Shown piece by piece: positions 23,302 to 30,460 of a stretch of 30,460 bases of DNA (the stretch's first letter is position 1; every line of letters starts with the position of its first letter). The notes below the pieces were generated by a model that did no database searches, had not been told where the DNA came from, and saw only the letters and a program-made list of their open reading frames with translations. Source of the stretch: Octopus sinensis. Its lineage: Eukaryota. Both the position numbers and the translations under genes were made by a program. Location of the stretch: the NCBI RefSeq assembly GCF_006345805.1, contig NW_021834073.1, forward strand, positions 1 to 30,460, written 5' to 3'.

Positions 23302-23538
23302 TACATCTCTATGTATGTGGAAAGTGTATGTGTGTGTGTGTATATATATATAGTGTATGTGTGTATATATATATAAAATATGAAGAGATAAAACCATATA
23401 TATATATATACACTATATATATATATATAAATATATATATACATACATAAATGGCGGTGCCCCAGCATGGCCACAACTCATAAGCTGAAACTGGAATCAA
23501 TCAATCAATCATACATCTCTATGTATGTGGAAAGTGTA

Positions 23539-23584
<46 letters not shown>

Positions 23585-23989
23585 TGTGAGTCTAGATATA
23601 CGAATAGATGTATATATACACACAGATCTGAGAGGGGGGGGAAGTGTATAAAAAGTCTAGATATACGAATGCATGTATATATACATACAGATCTGAGAGG
23701 GGGGGAAAGTGTATAAAAGTATATATATATATATATATCTCAATACAGAGTAAAATGTGTGTGTAGAGTAGTTGTATATAAACATACATACAGATGCACG
23801 CAAATATAAAATATATATATATACAAATATATAAATACACGCACACAGTATGGAGTTAAGTAATGGGACAAGTGCCCTATTTTAGAAGTAGTAGTATTTC
23901 AACTACAGTTCTTACTACTACTACTACTACTATATAAATAACTCATTCCGAATTTCAATTATTTTATTAGACAACTAACACCCAGAAGT

Positions 23990-24237
23990 TATGTGTGTGT
24001 CTATATATATATATGTATATATATATATCTGTGTGTGTGTGTATACATACTTTGTGTATGTGTGCATATTGTATGTTCTTTGTGAATCAACATATATTCT
24101 TGTTTTTGTGTGCGTATAGATATTTGTGTGTGCAGATGTCTATAAATATATATACCTATATATAAATTTATGTATATATATTCATAAATCTATGCGTGCA
24201 TAAATTATATATACACACACACATACATATCTCATAA

Positions 24238-24268
<31 letters not shown>

Positions 24269-24474
24269 TGTATGAATTGAAAATTGTGTAAAATTGAAAA
24301 CGTTATATATATATACACACACACACATATATATATACACACACACATTATATATATACACACACACATATATATACACACACATATATATACACACACA
24401 CACATATATATATACACACACACACACATATATTCTAGTACCTATTATATACACACACACATATATATATATAT

Positions 24475-24522
<48 letters not shown>

Positions 24523-25052
24523 AGGCAGGCTTTTAAAACTATTATATATACATATATATATATGTATATATATAATATATATACACACACATGTATGAAT
24601 TGAAAATTGTGTAAAATTGAAAACGTTATATATATATACACACACACATTATATATATACACACACATGTATGAATTGAAAATTGTGTAAAATTGAAAAC
24701 GTTATATATATATACACACACACACACAGAGAGGCAGGCTTTTAAAACTATTATATATACATATATATATATGTATATATATATCTGTGTGTGTGTGTAT
24801 ACATACTTTGTGTATGTGTGCATATTGTATGTTCTTTGTGAATCAACAGATATATTCTTGTTTTTGTGTGCGTATAGATATTCATAAATCTATGCGTGCA
24901 TAAATTATATATACACACACATATATATATATATATCTGTGTGTGTGTGTAATGTGTATATAGACACCAGAGGAGGAGGAAGATAGCAGGACGAACAGAC
25001 AGACAACAAGAATTTCAGGAAGAAATACACACACATATAAATATATATATAG

Positions 25053-25092
<40 letters not shown>

Positions 25093-25435
25093 AGGCAGGC
25101 TTTTAAAACTATTATATATACATATATATATAATGAAGAATAGACACATTTGGAGTAATTAGGCAATTAAACAAATTCATATCACAGATAAGGTTGATTT
25201 AACATGTATATAGATCCATAAAGAAACAGAAGTTTCAAAAGATTATATATACATACATATATATATATGTATATATATAATATATATACACACACTCAAC
25301 AGATAGGTATGTATAAACCTGACACAAGTTTCTGCACATATATATATACACATATATATATATATATATAGATAGATAGATTCTGCATATATATATATAT
25401 ATAATATATATATATATAGATAGATAGATTCTGGC

Positions 25436-25470
<35 letters not shown>

Positions 25471-25654
25471 ATGTATATATATAATATATATATATATATA
25501 GATAGATAGATACACACATGAACTCAACAGATATGTATATATAAACCAATATCATGTATGTTTGTCAACAATATATAAACTCCATATATAAACTTATATT
25601 CTCTCTTTTTGTATCAACATAAATAAAAACTAATTAAATTACCACCATATATAT

Positions 25655-25695
<41 letters not shown>

Positions 25696-25700
25696 TGTGT
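23990..25700. repeat. Compound (TA)n/(CA)n microsatellite field with short duplicated cassettes
   Basis: GAATTGAAAATTGTGTAAAATTGAAAACG x3, AGAGGCAGGCTTTTAAAAC x3, GATAGATAGATTCTG x2. Confidence 0.9.
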
Positions 25701-25827
25701 GTGTATATAGGTGTAGGTGTATATTTTTTCAACATTTTAATTTACTATATATATATATATTCATATAATGGCTTTAATTAAGTTTCATGTGAGTGCTTTG
25801 ATTAAATTTTAATTATTAATTACTTAC

Positions 25828-26023
25828 GCGAAATTATAGAGAAATCCCTCAAATCCAAGACGTGTTTTAAAAAGAAAGCAATTTTTTTTTTTTGGAGAAA
25901 AAAAGGGGTAAAATAAAGGATCAGAGCTCGGCCATGCCCTTAGCTTTTTTACAGTTTTTTTTGTGTGTGTTTTTCTCTTTTTTTGTTAACCCCGAAGATA
26001 ACGGAGGAGAGACCCGTTGTGGC
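25828..26023 (-). other. Candidate internal exon (196 nt, probably 5' UTR)
   Basis: Unique sequence; minus-strand acceptor AACAG|G at 26024/26023 below a CT-rich tract, donor CGC|GTAAGT at 25828/25827; no through reading frame that I can recognise. Confidence 0.45.
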
Positions 26024-26210
26024 CTGTTATATGCTTAATATAATGAGTGTGAGAGAGTGAGAGAAAGAAACAGAGACGGGGTGAGTGTTAGATAGAGAGA
26101 TATACAAAGAGAGAGGGGTGAGTGAATGAGTAATAGTTATAGATAAAGACAGTGAAAGATAACAGGCACAGAGTGAGTGAGTGAGAGATACAGAGAGGGA
26201 GGGAGGGATG

Positions 26211-26500
26211 TATACTGAATCAGATAGGGAGTAAGTGAGCGAAAGAGTAATATGCAGAGAGAGGAAAAGATACACAGATGGTGAAAGATACAGAGAGGGA
26301 GTAAGGGAGTGACATATACTGAATCAGATAGGGAGTAAGTGAGCGATAGAGTAATATGCAAAGAGAGTAAAAGATACACAGATGGTGAAAGATACAGAGA
26401 GGGAGTAAGGGAGTGACATATACTGAATCAGATAGGGAGTAAGTGAGCGATAGAGTGATATGCAAAGAGAGTGAAAGATACACAGATGGCGAAAGACACA
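26211..26500. repeat. 104-bp GA-rich tandem repeat x ~2.7
   Basis: TATACTGAATCAGATAGGGAGTAAGTGAGCGA at 26211, 26315 and 26419. Confidence 0.9.
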
Positions 26501-26629
26501 CGTGAGAATGCGTGATAGAGTAATATATAAAGAGAGAGTGAGTGAAAGAGAGAGAGTAAGTGAAAGAGAGAGAGAGACAGAGAGATTTATTATTATTATT
26601 ATCTAGGTTAGGCTAAATAAGTAACTTTT

Positions 26630-27530
26630 CCCTCCGTCAACCAACGCGATTGGCCGACAGTACTTGCCTCCCCTTCCTCCTCCCTCGACGACCTTATCAC
26701 AATCTCTAGCGTTCTCATCCTCTTCCTCTTTCTAACTAAACACTCCCTCTAGTCTCTCTCTTTACTTTTCCTTCTTTTACTTCTCCCTCTCTCTCTCTGC
26801 CTTTCCTTCTTTTACTCCTCTCTCTCTCTTTCCTTCTTATTCCCCTCGTTTTTTCTCTCTTTATTATATCTTCCTCTCGTCTTTCTCACTTTTTCCCCCT
26901 ACACATTTCCAATCTCTTAAAACTTTCTCAAATTCTCTCTCTCTCTCTCTCTCTCTTTATCTCACTCACAAACTTTTCTCTTTCTCTCTCACTCACTCCC
27001 TTTCTTCCTCTTTACACACTCATACAGTATCTCTCTCTCTTTCTTCCTCACTCTCACTTTTTCTTTTACCTCTTCACATCTCCTTCCTCGTCTTTCACCT
27101 CATCCTACAACCCACGTCCACCACCGCCGCCACCACCACCGCCACCGCCACCACCACCGCCACCACCACCGCCGCCACCACCACCACAACCACCACCGCC
27201 ACCGCCACCACCAACCACCACCACCACTCGTCCTCAAAACTGCCATACCTGCTTTCGAATGCCTTTCTGTCGGCCTGTCTGCCTGCCCCTGCGTGACTGG
27301 TATGTCTGTCCGGCTGGCCGCCTGCACGCTTCCGCTGGTCTGTCTGTCTGTCCGCCTGCGCTGTCCGTCTGGCTGTCTGGTATGTCTGTCTGCCTGACTG
27401 CCTCTCTCGGGCCGCATCTTTCCTCTGTCTGTCTGGCTTGCTGGCTGCACGTGCCCTCTCTGTCTGTCTGTCTGTCTGCCAATCTGTCAGTCCGTCTGTT
27501 TGCATACATGCTTCCTTTGTCTGGCAACGT
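26630..27530. promoter_or_regulatory. Candidate promoter / first-exon region
   Basis: TE-free and locally CpG-rich; CCAAT within CCAACGCGATTGG (26641-26653); long CT tract, (CCA/CCG)n and (CTGT)n; minus-strand GAG|GCAAGT donor at 26668/26667. Confidence 0.4.
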
Positions 27531-27608
27531 GTTGGTTCTTATATATCTCACCTATCAAACTGTTGCTCTCGTTATGTGAATGTGTGCATATGTATGTATG
27601 CGTATTCG

Positions 27609-27689
<81 letters not shown>

Positions 27690-27834
27690 GCATATGTATA
27701 CATACAATCGCCGAAATTGCGAGGATTATCCGGTTCTTGACTGAAGATTGAAGGCTTCGAATGTCCCGTCCGTGTTTTTCGTATCGTCTTCTAAATGTTT
27801 TGCGTTCTTGTCCCAGTTTGTATTTTTATATATA

Positions 27835-28231
27835 CTCTTTAAACTCTTTTACACTCGTTTCAGTCATTTGACTGCGGCCATGCTGGAGCACCGCCTTTAT
27901 CGAGCAACTCGACCCCGGACTTATTCTTTTGTAAGCCCAGTTATTCTTCTATCGGTCTCTTTTGCCGAACCGCTAAGTAACGGGGACATAAACACACCAG
28001 CATCGGTTGTCAAGCAATGCTAGGGGGACAAACACGCACACACACATATATATATATACATACATATATACGACGGGCTTCTTTCAGTTTCCGTCTACTA
28101 AATCCACTCACAAGGCTTCGGTCAGCCTGAGGCTATAGTAGAAGACACTTGTCCAAGGTGCCACGCAGTGGGACTGAACCCGGAACCATGTGGTTGGCAA
28201 GCAAGCTACTACTTATCACACAGCCACTCCT
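27835..28231 (-). mobile_element. SINE family A
   Basis: Reverse complement of 4916-5310. Confidence 0.85.
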
Positions 28232-28346
28232 ATATATGTATGTATATATGTGCATTAATACGCGTGTATACACACATATGCATAAAGCCTATATATGTGT
28301 GTGTGCATATATCATATATACATATATAATAGTAAATAATATATAA

Positions 28347-28688
28347 AAAGGGTAAAGACCCCCTTCGGTCATGAGTGACCATGGGATTGCACCTAGAAAG
28401 TTACCCTCCTAGACACAAGTCCGGGCAAGGTTGTTTATGGAAGACCAGCAGTCGCCCATGATACCGGCCTCCCCTCTCCACGCCACCAGTGTTTCCAGGG
28501 AAAGGCAAAGGGCCGATACAGCTTGGCACCTGTGACGTAGCAACTCATTTCAACAGCTGAGTGAACTGGAGCAACGTGAAATAAAGTGCCTTGCTCAAGA
28601 ACACAACACGCAGCCCGGTCTGGGATTCGAGCTCACAACCTCACGATCGTAAGCTCGACGCTTTAACCACTGAGCCATGCGCCTTCAC
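28347..28688 (-). mobile_element. tRNA-derived SINE family C
   Basis: Minus strand GGCGCATGGCTCAGTGGTTAAAGCGTC...GCTCGAATCCC (A/B boxes), then TTGTGTTCTTGAGCAAGGCACTTT core. Confidence 0.8.
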
Positions 28689-28914
28689 ATAATATATAGC
28701 ATATATATACATACATATATATATGGGTACAGGACAAGTAAACACAGAGAAAGGACCCTTCGTCAGTTGTTGGCTGTCTATCTACTCCTCATTTCGAGTA
28801 TTGCGCGTCTGGTTCTTCATTTTTCTCGTTGTTTATGTATGTAACCCGTTTGTTCACCTCTTTCGTATTGTTTGAACCCCTTTGGTGATGTCCTGTACCC
28901 ATATATGCATGGAT

Positions 28915-29352
28915 GTATCAAATCGAAATCGATCCGCATCAATGGAATTTGTAGTTTGTGGTACCAGTGCCGGTGGCACATAAGAGAACCATCCGAACGT
29001 GGCCGTAGCCAGCACCGCATCAACTGGCATCCGTGCTGGTGGCACGTAACAAACACCATCCGATCGTGGCCGTGCCAGCCCTGCCTGGCCTCCGTGCCGG
29101 TGGCACGTAAAACACACCATCCGAGCATAGCCGTTCGCCAGCCTCGTCTGGCACCTGTGTCGGTGGCACGTAAAGAGCACCCACTACACTCACGGAGTGG
29201 TTGGCGTTAGGAAGGGCATCCAGCTGAAGAAACACTGCCAGATCTGACTGGCCTGGTACAGCCTTCGGGCTTCCCAGACCCCAGTTAAGCCGTCCAACCC
29301 ATGCTAGCATGGAAAGCGGACGTTAAACGATGATCATGGTGATGATGATGAT
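28915..29352 (+). mobile_element. R2 3'-UTR copy with internal subrepeats
   Basis: Reverse complement of 6876-7275; (GAT)n tail. Confidence 0.8.
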
Positions 29353-29374
29353 ATATATATATATATATATATAT

Positions 29375-29698
29375 ATCAAAATAAGCAACAAGAATGACTC
29401 TGGTAATTTGGTACGATCGTTTCATACTACATCATTTTATTAAATGTTGTAAGTATTACAACGATTTAAGATGCTGAGTACCATCAGCCAATTATAGAGG
29501 TTTTCCATTATACAAAATTAATTTGAAAAATTGATTTTGAAATGATGTAGTACGAAACGATCGTACCCAATTACCGGAGTCATTCTTGTTGCTTATTTTG
29601 ATTATAATCACCCCAACGAATTTTATGGATAACACCATACAAATTCTGGTGCATCTATTAAGTACCATATTCATTTGAATCTAAATTTTTGCTGAACT
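29375..29698. mobile_element. Element family H2, copy 1 (internal inverted repeat, hammerhead-like fold at 29408-29491 minus)
   Basis: 29375-29437 is inverted at 29540-29603; minus strand reads TTGG CTGATGG [hairpin] GAAA CGATCG TA CCAA. Confidence 0.6.
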
Positions 29699-29715
29699 TA
29701 TATATAAATATAATA

Positions 29716-29925
29716 TAAAGTTAATCAACACAAAAAACAAAAACAAAAACAACAACGCAAGGACATGGAACAAATAAAGTATTATTGGACGCTCAGGAAC
29801 AAGGGAAGAAGGAAGGGTTTGACGTTTCGAGCGGAGCTCTTCGTCGGAAACATAGGAGAAGGAAGATCCCAGAAAGGGAGACAGGGGAAAAAAAATCGCT
29901 AGTGGTACAGACGAGGTCACATACT
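29716..29925 (-). mobile_element. Hammerhead-bearing element H1, copy 3
   Basis: Minus strand 29851-29817 reads GTTT CCGACGA A GAGC TCC GCTC GAAA CG TC AAAC. Confidence 0.65.
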
Positions 29926-29962
29926 ATATATATAATATAATATACTTTGGGTATGGTAGATG

Positions 29963-30460
29963 AGTTCAGCAAAAATTTAGATTCAGATATTCAGATGAAT
30001 ATGGTACTTGGGTTGAGGCACCAGAATTTAGTACGGAATTATCCATACAATTTTAAAGTAAGGTGATTAAAATCAAAATAAGCAGCAAGGATATCCAGAG
30101 GTATGCAGCACGATCGTTTCATGCAACTCCATTTAATTGAACATGCAATATTACATCAATTTAAAATGCAGAGCAATCCTCAGCTGCACAAAGACCTAGA
30201 ATTTAAAAATTAAGAACAGAAGGACACATTAGTGTAATTATACCTAAAATCACCAAGAAGTAACTTCTATGCTGAAGTAGGACATTTCTTTGTCTATCTC
30301 CTTAACTTCTTGAGATTTTAGGCATATTATACTAATGTGTCCATCTGTTCTAATTTATTAAATTCTATGTCTGTGTGCAGCTGAAGATTGCTCTACATTT
30401 TAAATTAATGTAATGATGGCATTGTTCAATTAAATGGAGTTGCATGAAACTATTGTACTG
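29963..30460. mobile_element. Element family H2, copy 2 (opposite orientation; hammerhead-like folds at 30102-30190 minus and 30374-30460 plus)
   Basis: 29963-30090 is inverted relative to 29583-29698; 30102-30190 is inverted at 30374-30460; runs off the end of the window. Confidence 0.6.

Noticed and set aside
21794-25555. Many YI/HT/CV-rich ORFs
   Set aside because: Translations of (TA)n and (CA)n microsatellites
25987-26023. Amidated neuropeptide-like end HNGSLLRYLRG-stop on the minus strand
   Set aside because: No upstream coding exon with a signal peptide or dibasic site; a stop followed by a downstream donor argues against a terminal coding exon
27095-27505. 136-aa ORF with a poly-Val 'transmembrane' tail
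   Set aside because: Built from (ACAG)n and (GGT)n repeats; all three minus frames are open, so there is no coding evidence
28750-28800. Permuted hammerhead (minus GAAA...CTGACGA)
   Set aside because: Could not form stems I and III; single copy

Overview
Eukaryotic, repeat-saturated window. The SINE and RTE repeat complement and the (TA)n/(CA)n density look like an octopus/coleoid genome; this is an inference, not verified. I found no intact protein-coding gene: almost all listed ORFs are microsatellite or SINE read-throughs. Repeats present: three tRNA-type SINE families; two RTE-like LINE families, one of which has an abundant (GAT)n-tailed 3' UTR; decayed Tc1/mariner-type and piggyBac transposases; a short Helitron; MITEs; a 26-bp x ~30 minisatellite; and several 0.8-1.1 kb tandem duplications. 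There is also a possible non-coding 5' end of a minus-strand gene at ~25.8-27.5 kb with a GC-AG intron. The most interesting signal is at least two families of small, TA-embedded elements with hammerhead-ribozyme-like folds (Penelope-like/retrozyme-like). One family has a long stem II, a palindromic stem III, and stem I sequences that differ between copies but still pair.
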